Below, piece after piece: positions 38,282 to 50,267 of a stretch of DNA of 64,000 nucleotides. The stretch is from a plasmid. Below the pieces are notes generated by a model, which was not told the origin of the DNA, ran no database searches, and worked only from the letters and a program-made list of their open reading frames with translations. The stretch lies in the sequence record NZ_CP072340.1. One strand, 5' to 3'. The translations under genes were made by a program, and so were the position numbers. Position 1 is the stretch's first letter. Each line of letters starts with the position of its first letter.

Positions 38282-39562
38282 ATGAGAAAAGATCTTGAGA
38301 TTTTCGATCTCATCGAGCAAGAGCACCAGCGCCAGTTAAAAGGCATGGAGCTGATTGCTTCGGAAAACTTCGTCAGCGACGAAGTTATGCAGGCAATGGG
38401 GTCTTACCTTACCAACAAGTACGCTGAAGGCTATCCCGGCAAGCGTTATTATGGTGGCTGTCAGGTAGTAGACGTAGTAGAGAACCTATGTATCGAGCGT
38501 GTAAAGAAGATATTCGGTGCATGCTGGGCTAACGTGCAACCACACTCTGGCGCACAGGCTAACCAAGCTGTTCTTGCTGCTGTTCTCCAACCGGGCGACA
38601 CCTTTATGGGACTCGACCTTAACCATGGCGGGCACCTTTCACACGGTAGCCCAGTAAACAACTCTGGTATTCTCTACCACCCAATTGGCTATCAGCTCGA
38701 CAAAGAGACGGGACGCGTAGACTACGACCACATGGAGAAACTCGCACGCGAGCACAAACCAAAGCTCATTATTGCAGGTGCATCAGCCTACAGCCGCGAG
38801 TGGGACTACGCACGCTTCCGCAAGGTTGCTGACGAAATTGGGGCTATCTTCATGGTAGACATGGCTCATCCGGCAGGTTTGATAGCCGCAGGTCTGCTCG
38901 AGAACCCTGTCAAGTACGCTCACATCGTAACAACAACTACACACAAGACCCTCCGTGGTCCTCGTGGCGGTGTGATTATGATGGGCGAAGACTTCGACAA
39001 CCCATGGGGAAAGAAGACACCGAAGGGTGTCATCAAGAAGATGTCTCAACTTCTCGACTCTGCTGTGTTCCCTGGAAACCAAGGCGGTCCGTTAGAGCAC
39101 GTTATTGCTGCCAAGGCTGTTGCCTTCGGCGAAATTCTACTACCAAGCTGGAAACAGTACGCTACACAAGTAAAAGAAAACGCTGCTGTACTTGCCGACG
39201 AACTCGTAAAGCGTGGTTACGGCATCGTTTCCGGTGGTACCGACAACCATTCAATGTTGCTTGACCTCCGCACGAAGTTCCCTGAACTCACCGGTAAGGT
39301 TGCAGAGAATGCTCTTGTTGCAGCTGACATTACAGTGAACAAGAACATGGTACCATTCGATACACGCTCTGCATTCCAGACGTCAGGTATCCGTCTTGGT
39401 ACCGCTGCCATGACTACTCGTGGAGCCAAAACCGACCTTATGGTGCTCGTTGCCGAGCTTATCGACAAGGTTCTTTCTGCACCGGAAGACGAAAAAGTCA
39501 TTGCAGAAGTTCGCGAGAAAGTAAACGCAACAATGAAAGATTATCCATTGTTCGCATACTAA
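38282..39562 (+). CDS. glyA: serine hydroxymethyltransferase
   Basis: PLP-binding site [14 protein letters not shown] and overall SHMT conservation. 426 aa. TATATTTG -7 element at about 38190. Confidence 0.92.
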   Translation: MRKDLEIFDLIEQEHQRQLKGMELIASENFVSDEVMQAMGSYLTNKYAEGYPGKRYYGGCQVVDVVENLCIERVKKIFGACWANVQPHSGAQANQAVLAAVLQPGDTFMGLDLNHGGHLSHGSPVNNSGILYHPIGYQLDKETGRVDYDHMEKLAREHKPKLIIAGASAYSREWDYARFRKVADEIGAIFMVDMAHPAGLIAAGLLENPVKYAHIVTTTTHKTLRGPRGGVIMMGEDFDNPWGKKTPKGVIKKMSQLLDSAVFPGNQGGPLEHVIAAKAVAFGEILLPSWKQYATQVKENAAVLADELVKRGYGIVSGGTDNHSMLLDLRTKFPELTGKVAENALVAADITVNKNMVPFDTRSAFQTSGIRLGTAAMTTRGAKTDLMVLVAELIDKVLSAPEDEKVIAEVREKVNATMKDYPLFAY

Positions 39563-39967
39563 TCAAGAACAAAACAAAATTTCTCATAGCTAAAAAGACT
39601 CCCTCCGCAGTATTACCGCAGGGGGAGTTCTTGCTTTTATTTATTAACACACCGATTTTGCATTTTCTCACATCCCTCATATCATTATCATTAGGATTTG
39701 TCTGAATATGAGGAACCGTAAAGCAGTGGTGTATTCTCCCCATAGTATAGGCATGCTTCTGTATGTTTCCAACACCCTAACCAATTAATTTTGTTTGTAT
39801 ATGATTTGTATATGAGGTTACGCTCAAACGCACCCTCGTCTTGCGGAGTGTTTGCAGACATATATAATAATAAGGTGGTAGCTGCATTGCAGATTGTTTG
39901 CAACTGTTTTTACAACCATCACGCTACGAGGGTTTTATGGAACATGAATCATGCTGAATGCAGTTTA

Positions 39968-41191
39968 CTACCTTTCTCTTATAATTCTGCTTTTGTGCAC
40001 ATAGCCAGTCTTGCCGTCGTTTGTAGAAACCTTCCACCACTCGCCGTCCGCCTCTAAAACACGAACTGGAGTGTCGGAAGGAATGCGTCCGATTATCCGT
40101 GCCGATGTGCCGCCCTTTTCCCGCAGGTTGCAATAACCATCAGAATCGTATATAAAGTGAGACGCAACCTTATTGTTGAGTCCATTAGCAGTTTCTGTTT
40201 CCTGTACAGAATGAATAGAGGCTACAAGTTCTTCCAGCCTATTGTTATCATAAAAATTGTGCTTTTTAAGTCGGCTTTCTATATCTGGAAACTGACGAAG
40301 AAAATATTCAAGATATTCGAAAGCCTTGCTGCCACGAGGTTCAAGAATAGCTGCCCGGTTCTTGTCGTCGTAGTCCATCATGAGCGTAACCAAGTAAGCC
40401 AAACATTGGTCTTTCACGTTCACATCGTATTCCAATACATCAAACGTCCAAGAAAACGATGTAACAATTCCTTCAAAGTCTTTAAAATCGTCTCGGTTAT
40501 TGGCACATTGTTCGTATATCTGTTTTATAAGCCGTTTCCTAATACCTCGTTTCTTGTTATTATAAAATAATATCGATATGACAGATGGATCGTCGAAATA
40601 GCTAGACAGTCGTGCATTTCTCACGGCTATCTCCATGAGGTCTGGATTACCCTCATAGTCGAACTTGAAAACCACTTCAGTTGCATCGCCTGAGTTTTCT
40701 TTAAAGTATGGCAGAACTGTAGAATCGTTGTTGAACAGCAATTTGTTATATGCCGCAATTCTTTTACCTGCACCCGACTCGTTGTCGTAGAGGTATCTCC
40801 TTGCGTCTTCTTTGGTTACGTTTTTCTCAATCCATGGTTGGTAGAACAAATCTTCTACGTCTGGGTAGATAAATCTACCAAATTCGTTAATCGTATAGTC
40901 AGTATCTATCGAATTAATTGGGTTTGCTGTCGTTTTTGGAACTGCAGGCAAATATAGTCCGAACAAATATAAACATTTATCGCGGAAGGACTGTTGCGAT
41001 GGTTCTTTATAGCCATTCTCTTTCAGAAATGTCCTAATCGTTTCGGTTTGCCATTTGTCTCGGTCGAAAATCTTCTTGTTATTAATCTTTCTAACTGTCT
41101 TTATGTTGCAACAAGTCCAACTATATGCACCATTGTAAACAAAAAGTAAGCAGAGTATTAACAGTGAGTAAAATCGATTGTTCATACGCAA
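39968..41191 (-). CDS. secreted hypothetical protein with a C-terminal bacterial SH3 (SH3b) domain
   Basis: Signal peptide. C-terminus ARIIGRIPSDTPVRVLEADGEWWKVSTNDGKTGYVHKSRI is SH3b-like. AT-rich region. Confidence 0.5.
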   Translation of the reverse strand: MRMNNRFYSLLILCLLFVYNGAYSWTCCNIKTVRKINNKKIFDRDKWQTETIRTFLKENGYKEPSQQSFRDKCLYLFGLYLPAVPKTTANPINSIDTDYTINEFGRFIYPDVEDLFYQPWIEKNVTKEDARRYLYDNESGAGKRIAAYNKLLFNNDSTVLPYFKENSGDATEVVFKFDYEGNPDLMEIAVRNARLSSYFDDPSVISILFYNNKKRGIRKRLIKQIYEQCANNRDDFKDFEGIVTSFSWTFDVLEYDVNVKDQCLAYLVTLMMDYDDKNRAAILEPRGSKAFEYLEYFLRQFPDIESRLKKHNFYDNNRLEELVASIHSVQETETANGLNNKVASHFIYDSDGYCNLREKGGTSARIIGRIPSDTPVRVLEADGEWWKVSTNDGKTGYVHKSRIIRER

Positions 41192-41401
41192 TTACACCTT
41201 AATTTCTATTCTTACACAAAGATAATTATTAAAATCGGTTCAATGAAGATATACGCTAAATATTTACGACGGCATTGCAAAAATAATGCAAAGCCACAAT
41301 GTAGAAATCGTAAAAACGCCTGTCAATACACTTCTAAAAGACAGAATACAACAAAAATGATTTTTGGAATTTGCTAAAATGAATACATTGTCCTCGTAGC
41401 T

Positions 41402-41638
41402 GTGGCTTTCTTTATGGAGTACATTGACTCCACATCCTTGATAACTACTTTGCCATTAATGGCAGCTTACTTCGGGGTGAAAAGCAACATGATGAGCATC
41501 GGCATTACAGTCTATATGATTTCGCTGGCAGTATTCATTCCCGTAAGCGGCTGGGTAGCGACAAGTATGGCACGCGTTAAGTGTTCGTCTATGCAGTGTT
41601 GGGATTTATCAATACATCAACCAATCCCCACTCAATAG
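41402..41638 (+). pseudogene. MFS (DHA2-like) transporter remnant: 5'-truncated and 3'-disrupted fragment
   Basis: Encodes ...FFMEYIDSTSLITTLPLMAAYFG...VFIPVSGWVA (MFS TM1-TM2 signature). An in-frame stop lies 9 codons upstream of the first residue. The frame breaks after about 75 aa. Confidence 0.6.
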
Positions 41639-41896
41639 TACGTTATCAGCTATCGTTCCTGCTGATTACATTCGTTGAACTTATAGCGTTGACTGAATAT
41701 GGGAAGATAAAGTCAGAGCCAGGAAAAATAATCGCCAATTAGCTTATATTAAAGTTACGAGGGTGTGTCAAAAAATCTGACACACCCTTGTTGTCTAAAT
41801 ATTGGATACACCTGCAAAGTGTACCGCGTCTCTCCCCCTGGCAGGCAAGACTCCTCATTCTCTACTCTGCCCAGAGAGGAATAGAAATAAGGCTCC

Positions 41897-42106
41897 TTAG
41901 TCGCCCCAGACCTCATCAAAGTGATGCTCCTTGGCACCAGAGACGCCAGGACCATTTCCCGTGTCATCGTGCACGTCTCCCTTACTCGGCCACTTGGAAC
42001 TGTCAGAACCGATGTCGTACTTGTTTTTTTCAGAACCAGTTGTAAGCAGTAGCTCCATATCTATAGCGGTAACATCAATGTAAGGTTGTCGATATGTTTT
42101 TTTCAT
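41897..42106 (-). CDS. small D/G-rich protein (69 aa) downstream of a T9SS cargo gene; paralog of 62395..62616
   Basis: MKKTYRQPYIDVTAIDMELLLTTGS...GDVHDDTGNGPGVSGAKEHHFDEVWGD, against MKRTYIVPKIGIQTVHTEQSLLLRFSQ...DGDPDGGIGAKPGWFEDD...DSWRD. Confidence 0.5.
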   Translation of the reverse strand: MKKTYRQPYIDVTAIDMELLLTTGSEKNKYDIGSDSSKWPSKGDVHDDTGNGPGVSGAKEHHFDEVWGD

Positions 42107-42130
42107 TGTGATTATAGTTTTAATTACTTT

Positions 42131-44101
42131 TTATTTTACAACATATTTCTTACCATTCACAATATACAATCCAGCAGGAAGTCCCTCGACGTTTGTTGTA
42201 CCATGGCGTACAATCTGTCCATAGACACTGTAGACGTTATTGCATCTGTCAAAAGTACGAGATGCCGTCGAAATATCGGCAGCAGGAAGTGTACTGATGC
42301 CCGTCGTATTGGTATCGTTGAACGCCTGTTTGGCAGCTCCCGACACTCCATTGTCTCTGTCAAGCTTTACGACTGCTGTTTGTGGTGTGAACTTGACGTC
42401 TGTACGCATAGCCTTATAGAAGGCATTCTCCCACTTCGGGTCGTTGCCGGAGTAATAATAGTAACTGTACATCGGCACTTTGGCACCGTCCGTGTAGTTG
42501 CCGACGAAGGTGTATTTTATCCCATCAGTGGTATGGCTTACGCTCTGTCCCTCCAGTTTTCTGACGTAATTGTCATGATCCGTATCAGTATCTTTGGTTA
42601 CACCGACAATAACGTTGTTCTTAGCGTGGTGAAGTCCTGGGTGAATCATGTAAGGGTGATGTGCCTTCATATTCCTTACTTCAGTCTTGAACTGTAAAGT
42701 GATGTATTTCTTGCCAGCGATACGTGGGTCGTTGTCGCTCCTCACACCGCTGAATTCGCATACCTCCGTAGCATCACCAAAAGCATTCTTAATTTGTTCT
42801 TCCGTCAGGTCGAATGGGAAACAGACAGAATACCACTTACCTTCGACAAGACGATCGTCATTGTGTGTATTCTTCAGCTTGGTGGTGAGCATAAACTCAT
42901 TCCAGCCTGCATAGTCGGTACCAGAGTTGGTAAAGTGTCCATTGTCATGTGCAGGATACTTGTTCCCCTCGGCATCAACGACCCACTTATTGTCATCTAC
43001 AGGGTAACCGGAAGAAGCATACTTGTCAGTACCTATTACTTGAATGTATTTGTTGACATATTTCTTGTATGCATCTTCAGGATAATGCAGTACGGTATAG
43101 TGCCCCGTACTTGTGCTGAAATCGGAGAGTTTCACAGTTTCACCCTTGCTCTCGCCATTATAGGAATAACCGTAAGTGTAATTAGATGGCTGGAAAGCCT
43201 GGAGTGCCGCTTTCGTATTATTGCCAAGTACATATACATCTTGCAATGGAGAATTGGGACCTCCGAAGGCATTTACCTCTATGTCTTCTACGCTGGCAGG
43301 AATGACAACCGTCTTAAGCCCAACTCCATGGAAAGCAGTTTTCCTGATGTGTTTCAGCGAGTTCGGCAGGCGCAGGGTCGTGAGATTAGCACAGCTTTCA
43401 AAAGCACCTTCACCGATTTCTTCAAGACTTTCTGGCAGAATGACGCTTGTTAATCCAATACAGCCCCAAAAGGCTTGTTTGTCAATATGTTTTATTCCAT
43501 ACAGGAAATCTATCATCTTGAGATTCGTACAATTGTTAAAAGCCATGTCTGCAATAGACTTAACGCTCGTACCGATGGTCAGCTTCTGGATCCACGTTGT
43601 ACCGGAAAATACACTTGCAGCAATTTCCGCCCTTCCTTTATTTTCCTCCTTGGTAGCATTGGGAAACACTACGCTTGTCCACTTGCTCAGATTGTCGCTG
43701 AACGAAAACTTGGTTTCACGGATACTCTCTGGCAAGACAAGTTCTCCAAGTGTATTACCACTGTTCAATTCTCGAGAGTTATACCCAAGAGTAACGAGCA
43801 CATCATCACTGGCAAAGTCTGCCAGCGCCAAATTCAGATTCTTAATCTTTGAGAAAGGTGGAGTGGTATAACTGCTACCAAAGAAACTTGTCCAGTCGTT
43901 CTGTGATATCTTCACACCATTAGTTGTAATAATCTTGACATTAGTGGAGTTCTTCTGTTCCTCTGAGAAATTACTTACAGCTAAGTCTCCATCTGCTTTC
44001 ACCGTGATAACAAGCGTGTCGCCTTTCATCTCGATAGTCGGATTGGCATGCCCCATGATAATTGTCATGAGCATAATGCCTAAAACATAAAGTCGTTTCA
44101 T
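42131..44101 (-). CDS. BspA-type LRR surface protein with a T9SS C-terminal sorting domain
   Basis: Signal peptide. LRR units (AFxxCxxLxxIxLPxSL). The C-terminal ~250 aa are shared with the 60142..62385 protein. Ends with the CTD ...GLYIVNGKKYVVK. Confidence 0.75.
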   Translation of the reverse strand: MKRLYVLGIMLMTIIMGHANPTIEMKGDTLVITVKADGDLAVSNFSEEQKNSTNVKIITTNGVKISQNDWTSFFGSSYTTPPFSKIKNLNLALADFASDDVLVTLGYNSRELNSGNTLGELVLPESIRETKFSFSDNLSKWTSVVFPNATKEENKGRAEIAASVFSGTTWIQKLTIGTSVKSIADMAFNNCTNLKMIDFLYGIKHIDKQAFWGCIGLTSVILPESLEEIGEGAFESCANLTTLRLPNSLKHIRKTAFHGVGLKTVVIPASVEDIEVNAFGGPNSPLQDVYVLGNNTKAALQAFQPSNYTYGYSYNGESKGETVKLSDFSTSTGHYTVLHYPEDAYKKYVNKYIQVIGTDKYASSGYPVDDNKWVVDAEGNKYPAHDNGHFTNSGTDYAGWNEFMLTTKLKNTHNDDRLVEGKWYSVCFPFDLTEEQIKNAFGDATEVCEFSGVRSDNDPRIAGKKYITLQFKTEVRNMKAHHPYMIHPGLHHAKNNVIVGVTKDTDTDHDNYVRKLEGQSVSHTTDGIKYTFVGNYTDGAKVPMYSYYYYSGNDPKWENAFYKAMRTDVKFTPQTAVVKLDRDNGVSGAAKQAFNDTNTTGISTLPAADISTASRTFDRCNNVYSVYGQIVRHGTTNVEGLPAGLYIVNGKKYVVK

Positions 44102-45306
44102 TTTTTTGTTAAAGTTACTACATATATTTTAATCAAAGTCGTTTCTGCATTTATGAAGAAAATTATTTTCCAACATCATAAACAAACAAATTACATTTCC
44201 AAATCCAATTCATTATGAAGTCATCAATGACAGAGGAAAGACGTGGCATGCCCAGTCTCAATTCAATATTCCTTTAAAACATACACATACCATAAACAAC
44301 TTTTTTTGGTGGTCAATTACCATTTGTTCAGCAAAAAGCCAAAAAGTTTTGTAAGTTGTTCCAAATTGTAGTGCAAAGTTACTATATTTCTTCGGAATAT
44401 GCAACTATTTGCGCATTTATTTTGTAATCAGATACTGTTATATAGGAGTGGTATTTGTTACAATCACCCTTTTTCCCAAAAGTATCTCCACCTCTTTTCT
44501 ACTGGGCCATTTATTTCCTTTTGGGAAGAATTGTATGGGACTTTTTCAAATTTATTTTAAGAAGGACTGATGATTTCTTAATTACCACTGCGCTGCGTGG
44601 GATACGAAGAGAAAACTCAAAGTCATGACTATACCAACGATGGGAACGAAAGCCATTAATTGCTCTTGGTCATTCGCTTTGACAAATAAGACAGTACCAC
44701 ACTATGTCTGCGATTGTAACATTAAAATAGAAAAAAATTATGCATAAAAAAAAAGCGATGACCCTCTCAGGCGACCGCTTCATAAACCTTTAATAGGTAT
44801 TAGTGGATTTAAGGTAAAAAAGATTGTTTTCAGGATAACGATGGCAAAGTTATGTAAATAATTCTGTTGCTCCAAATGTTTTTGCTGTTTTTTTATTGTT
44901 TTTTCATTGTGCACGCCAACACAAACAAACATTCTTATAAAATCTAAGTCATGTCAAAGTTTAATTAAAGAAATGCAACAACATCATAGGTACAATCTAA
45001 ATAAACCGTTTCCTTATTGTGTTTGGATCATTTGTAAGAATTATTAGATTTCCCAGTCTGTTTCTTTGACATCAAAATTATTTATATTACCTTTGTCAGG
45101 TCTAAATGCAGACCTATATAAATCGATTTCTAACCGTCTTGCCTTGTATCTTATGATGCAAAACACTCCATAACGAGATTACGACGGGTGGGGTATAATT
45201 CGAACAAAAGGACACCATTGCACCATGTCTCTTTCCGAAGAGCGATTTAAAAGTACTGTCCAAAGACAACCAACCCTACACATTAATTATTAAACAACAA
45301 GTTAAA

Positions 45307-48300
45307 ATGAGAAGAATCTACTTACTGATGTTTGCCCTGATGCTATGTTTTAGTATGGCAAATGCACAAGTTATCGAAGGTACGGTGCTGAAATCGTGGG
45401 ACGGAGCCAGTGGTTCCATCGAGATTCCAGCCAATGTTACCGAGATAGCAGCGAACTGTTTCTACACGCCGGCCGAGGAAGACCCCGACACTTGGGAGGT
45501 TATTGCCGAGGAAAAGAGTAACACCAACATTACAAGCGTTAAGCTGAACAATGTCAAGAAGATTGGCAAGAACGCATTCAGAGGCTGTTCCAACATCGAA
45601 ACAATCGATGCTCCGAATGTTGAAACTATCGAAGAAGGTGCATTCTATGGGTTAGAGAAACTGACAATACTCAGTCTTCCAAGTATAAAGGAACTCGGTA
45701 TGAATGCCTTCGAAGGCTGCAATCAAATCGCAAAAATCGCCTTGGGAAGTGGTCTTGCAAAGATGTTTGGCAACACTTTCAAAGGCTGTAAGGCGGTGTC
45801 AGACATCTCTGTGGCTGCCGGCGGCACATACAAAGCCGTGCAGAACGCAATCGTCAGCCCAGACAAAACACTGGTCTATCTTGCTGGAAAGGCAAAGGAG
45901 ATAAAGCTGACAGCCGACGAATGCACTGCCATCGGCGACGATGCACTGTACAACAATACCAATGTAACGAAGATAGACCTGCCCGGTGTGAAGACCATTG
46001 GCAAGAACAGCTTCACGGGTTGCAGTGCTTTGTCGGAACTGTTGGTGCCCAATCTTGTGAGCGTAGCTACCGATAGCTACATTACATGGAGCGGTGTGGC
46101 ATCGCTGACAGTGGTTGATATTCACCTAAGTAAGGACTTCGTGTCGTTCGGAGCCACCGAATTTGCCGATAAAACCTCTACTACCATCTATGTTGCCGAC
46201 GAGAATGTAAAAGCAAAACTCCAAAAAAAGTTCAGCAAATGTAAGATTGTAATTGGCGAACCACAGTCTGTCAAGAACTACAAAGTAACCTATTATATTA
46301 CGAACATAGAGGTTGCAGGAAAGAAAATAGGCGAAATAGAGGCGTGGACCAATGGTGCACGCAACTTTGAAACAGGGACGGAGATACCCGATGGCAATGC
46401 CGTTTCGGTGATGGTAACACCCTATGGCGGCTACAAAATAGACAAGTGGGAGGTGAACGGCAAGCCTGCTGCAACCGAAAACATTCGTCCATCATCGTCC
46501 ATCAATGGCGAAATATGGTCTGTCAATCACATCACCGAGGCTTTGAACATAGCCGTTACGCTGAAGGCAGAGGAGGAAGGAGACCTTATTTTCTTTAAAA
46601 GTAAGGAGCCAGACTTTGGCAATGTAACCTGCACGGTGGTGGAAACGGGCAAGCAGATAAAGACTGCCGAAAAGGTAAAGAAGGGTGCCAAGCTCCACTT
46701 CGAGGCATTCCCGAACACAGGCTACCACGTTACGCAGTGGTATAAGCTTGGTAAAGAAACCGTTACAGACGAAAATGGAAACAAGAAAACCGTTGAAAAG
46801 TATCTTCCTATCCCTGGTTACGACAACGCTACAGTGTACGAATGCAATGCAGAAGATGCCTTGGACATACTCGTAGACTTCGATCGCGAACAGGGAAAAC
46901 ATATTGTCAGCTTCAAGTCTCTGAACGAAAAGACAGGCGAACTCACGGCTTCGGTAGATGGAAACAATATTTCTACGGGGGCAGTAGTAGCCCATGGCGC
47001 AACCGTAGTGTTTACAGCGCACCCCAAAGAGGGCTATGTTGTAGACAGCTGGCTGCTCAACGAAGAAGAAGTGAAAGGCGAAAAGGGTCTGACCTACACC
47101 ATTTCCGACCTGAAAGAAGACGTTACTGTATGGTTGGTTTGCAGTGAAAAGTCGGAAGAACCCGAGCATAAGGCAGAGATAAAAGACGGGCATCTCATCT
47201 CGTGGAAGCCAAAAGGCAAGGCAGTTACCCCCGAGGGAGTGCAGTATATAGACAACAATGCGTTGCAAGCCGCCACAGAACTCGAGTCGTTCCACATCAC
47301 GAAAGACGTCAAGAGCATAGGTGAACTGGTGTTCTTGTTCTGTACTCAGCTCACAGAAATAACGGTAGACCCTGACAACAAGTACTTTACCTCGGTAGAC
47401 GGCGTATTGTACAGCAAAGACAAAACACGCCTGATGGCTTATCCTCCGGGACGTTCAGGTGCGTCATACGAGATTATTCAGAGTGCAACAAGCATCAAGC
47501 CGGGCGCATTTGCATTGGTTCCGTCGCTTCTTGGCGTTACTGTGGCAAAGGGAAACACGGCTCTGCGTGCCAGCAAAGGTGCTCTCTACACGCGCAACAT
47601 GCTCACTTTGCTCTATCAGCCCACCATTCCGCAGACTGCACCGGGTACTGATAAGCTTGCATTGAACGAGGGATTGGAAACCATTGCACGCTATGCTTTG
47701 GCCTACAACCATACGGTTACCGAGATAACGCTGCCGGGTTCGCTGAAGACTATCGAAGCCAATGCGCTTTCAAACAATCCTAACTTGAATGGCATAAAGT
47801 GGGAAGAGGGCGTTGAACCCGAGCTTGAAGCCATTGGCGATTCGGCTTTCTACCACGACGGGCAGTTTGCAAAACTGCAACATATCCCATCTTTGAAAAC
47901 GCTTGGAGCAGGTGTTTTCATTAAGAACGCCAACCTCTTGGAAGTCCATATACCTGCCAATTGCACCATAGGAGACAAGGCATTCTTCGAATGTCTGGCT
48001 CTCCAGAACGTTTATTCGTATGGAATGACCCCACCAGTGATAGCCGATGACGCTTTCAAGTCGATCTACTATCTCGAAGAAGCAGTACTGCACGTGGATA
48101 AGAATGCGGTGGAAGCCTACAAGAAAGCCGATGGCTGGCGCCACTTCAAGCACTACGAAACAGGCACAGTTACTGCCATTGGCTCGGCAAAGGCAGGCGC
48201 AGGCAGTGCAATTCGTGTGGTAGGGCAGAGCAACGGCTACACCGTTGAAGGACTGAATGCTGGACAACGCTACACGCTCTGCACCGTTTCAGGCACACAG

Positions 48301-48405
48301 ATAGCAGCAGGCACTTCCAACGGCAGCAGTCTGTTTGTCCCCGTTCAGCGTGGACAGATTTACATTTTGAATATTGCAGGCGTCAGAACCTACAAATTAT
48401 TTTAA
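45307..48405 (+). CDS. large BspA-type LRR / Ig-like surface protein with a T9SS C-terminal sorting domain (1032 aa)
   Basis: Signal peptide. Many AFxGCxxLxxIxxP LRR units. C-terminal CTD (...GQIYILNIAGVRTYKLF). Confidence 0.75.
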   Translation: MRRIYLLMFALMLCFSMANAQVIEGTVLKSWDGASGSIEIPANVTEIAANCFYTPAEEDPDTWEVIAEEKSNTNITSVKLNNVKKIGKNAFRGCSNIETIDAPNVETIEEGAFYGLEKLTILSLPSIKELGMNAFEGCNQIAKIALGSGLAKMFGNTFKGCKAVSDISVAAGGTYKAVQNAIVSPDKTLVYLAGKAKEIKLTADECTAIGDDALYNNTNVTKIDLPGVKTIGKNSFTGCSALSELLVPNLVSVATDSYITWSGVASLTVVDIHLSKDFVSFGATEFADKTSTTIYVADENVKAKLQKKFSKCKIVIGEPQSVKNYKVTYYITNIEVAGKKIGEIEAWTNGARNFETGTEIPDGNAVSVMVTPYGGYKIDKWEVNGKPAATENIRPSSSINGEIWSVNHITEALNIAVTLKAEEEGDLIFFKSKEPDFGNVTCTVVETGKQIKTAEKVKKGAKLHFEAFPNTGYHVTQWYKLGKETVTDENGNKKTVEKYLPIPGYDNATVYECNAEDALDILVDFDREQGKHIVSFKSLNEKTGELTASVDGNNISTGAVVAHGATVVFTAHPKEGYVVDSWLLNEEEVKGEKGLTYTISDLKEDVTVWLVCSEKSEEPEHKAEIKDGHLISWKPKGKAVTPEGVQYIDNNALQAATELESFHITKDVKSIGELVFLFCTQLTEITVDPDNKYFTSVDGVLYSKDKTRLMAYPPGRSGASYEIIQSATSIKPGAFALVPSLLGVTVAKGNTALRASKGALYTRNMLTLLYQPTIPQTAPGTDKLALNEGLETIARYALAYNHTVTEITLPGSLKTIEANALSNNPNLNGIKWEEGVEPELEAIGDSAFYHDGQFAKLQHIPSLKTLGAGVFIKNANLLEVHIPANCTIGDKAFFECLALQNVYSYGMTPPVIADDAFKSIYYLEEAVLHVDKNAVEAYKKADGWRHFKHYETGTVTAIGSAKAGAGSAIRVVGQSNGYTVEGLNAGQRYTLCTVSGTQIAAGTSNGSSLFVPVQRGQIYILNIAGVRTYKLF

Positions 48406-48482
48406 TACAGACAACCAAACGCGCCTTAGAACAACGCAGTATAGACAACGATACAGTGTAAACCAAGGCACATTCCCCATGC

Positions 48483-48517
48483 AGGCAGGAACGCTAACCA
48501 TTACGTTCCTGCCTTTT
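48483..48517 (+). terminator. rho-independent terminator after the 1032-aa LRR gene
   Basis: ggcaggaacg-ctaaccatta-cgttcctgcc followed by ttttt. Confidence 0.65.
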
Positions 48518-48796
48518 TATTGATGCGTGCAAACGCTGAAAGCCAGTATTGGAGATACTCAAGCATCTGTTCAAAACCAACAACTGAAGATTGCTTAAGC
48601 TGATTTCCAAGTAACAATTTGTTTCAAAAATCACGATTTCTTAGCATTATTTACTTTTGTTATTGGTAAACCCGTTCTATGCGCACATTTTTGAGAATAG
48701 AGCTACAAGCCTCTTGTGATTAGTTTTATAAACAGGACTGATTGCCAGGACAACACGAAACCTATCGTTTTACTTACGAAAACCTATGTTTTTGCA

Positions 48797-48818
48797 TTGT
48801 AAAAGAGCCTCTTTTATA
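48797..48818. repeat. degenerate copy of the dispersed hairpin-repeat family (gtaaaagagcctcttttat)
   Basis: Near-palindrome of the AAAAGAGCC core, in a convergent intergenic region. Confidence 0.45.
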
Positions 48819-49385
48819 AAGCAGAACAACAAGTATTGCAATATATTGATTCTAAAGTACTTATATAATTACAATATTTAGAGAAAATATTTACATCTTT
48901 ATTTATAACCCGAATCCCATCATTTTATAAACTAATGCGGGTTATGATAAATAGATAGTTTGACGCCTCTCATTTTTAATATAACGAAAGAATTATAAAA
49001 ATTACACTTATCGTACCAATGAACGTACAGAAAATATAACACGTATTGTTTTTACGGTAGCCCATCATGACCACACTCCAGAAAACTGTAGTCTTGATAA
49101 TCTACGTGCGTTGTGCCAAGTAAGTTTCTTTTCGGTTTTAACATGCTGTATGAAATCTTGTGATAAAGTTTCATTGTGCAATGCTTCCTTTCTCGTATTT
49201 CCCCTTTAAAGACCATTGTTATCCGACTGTAATTTAATGAAGATCAAGTCCATAAACAAAAACGGAACCTTACAGTGCTTCACGATGCGGCAACTGTGTA
49301 AAGCTCCATTGATGGTAATTAACATTGTGTAGGTATATATTTAAAGTTTCGGATAGAAAGTATCAATATCCAAAATTAGATTAAT

Positions 49386-50084
49386 TTACACAATATAGCC
49401 GCTATCGTCCACTTCAACTCCCTCTTCCCCACGTTTCACTTCGCCTTCGTATGTAACGAAATAGAAACCTTTACGCGGTGTCCATTCCATGCAGAAGAGT
49501 TCTGAAGGAGATTCAAAGCCATTGTGGACTATGTTGCTCAGCACCCAGGTTTTGGAACGATTGCATTGGTCCAAGGTGCTTTCTATAATGGCTCCATTAT
49601 TTACTAACAGGAACGATGGCGCTGTATGATTCGGCGGAAGAACTGTTACGGCTCCATTGGTTTCGAAAATAACATCTTCGGCATCGAACATAGAGAAGAT
49701 TCCTTTCTGCCGCAAGAGCAGGCGGAATTGTTCCATTTCAAGACTATTACGCTTAAAATTCTTAAAATTAATAGCTCCATCTTTTACGAGAAACACGCTT
49801 TCACCTTTTATAAAATGACGCAGACGAGCCGAACGCATAGCAAACCGAATGAGCATATTGAACAGCGTCCACACCGTCAAGGCGAAAAGAATATGCCACA
49901 TAGACATATCGGGATTGTATAAAACGCCACCGACTAAAGCACCAATAACAAAAGCACTTACGGTATCGAGCGGAGTAATTTGAGCCATTTGGGCTTTTCC
50001 TGCAATGCGCAGAAATACTAATATGCCAATCATGCCTGTAATAAGCTTCAGGGCAATGGCAATGTAAGGTTGTAATAAATCCAT
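49386..50084 (-). CDS. DUF421 (YetF-like) membrane protein
   Basis: The N-terminal TM pair and LDTVSAFVIGALVGG are typical of YetF/DUF421. C-terminal soluble domain. Confidence 0.6.
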   Translation of the reverse strand: MDLLQPYIAIALKLITGMIGILVFLRIAGKAQMAQITPLDTVSAFVIGALVGGVLYNPDMSMWHILFALTVWTLFNMLIRFAMRSARLRHFIKGESVFLVKDGAINFKNFKRNSLEMEQFRLLLRQKGIFSMFDAEDVIFETNGAVTVLPPNHTAPSFLLVNNGAIIESTLDQCNRSKTWVLSNIVHNGFESPSELFCMEWTPRKGFYFVTYEGEVKRGEEGVEVDDSGYIV

Positions 50085-50267
50085 TATGCTTATCTTTTTA
50101 TTATTCCAGGGACAAATTTACAAATAAAAAAATAACAGCCCTATTTCTGTCTTACATTTTTAATATTTTTCTATTCCCAGACTAACTTGAGAAGAAAAAA
50201 ACATGTTGGTTGAACTGGAGGAAGCAACTGTGCAACGTGCAAAAAAGCCAGTCGAATGCTTTGCATA

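Noticed and set aside
46492-47295. 267-aa minus-strand ORF inside the 1032-aa LRR gene
   Set aside because: It is antisense to a gene with a clear signal peptide, LRR periodicity and CTD, and has no motif of its own.
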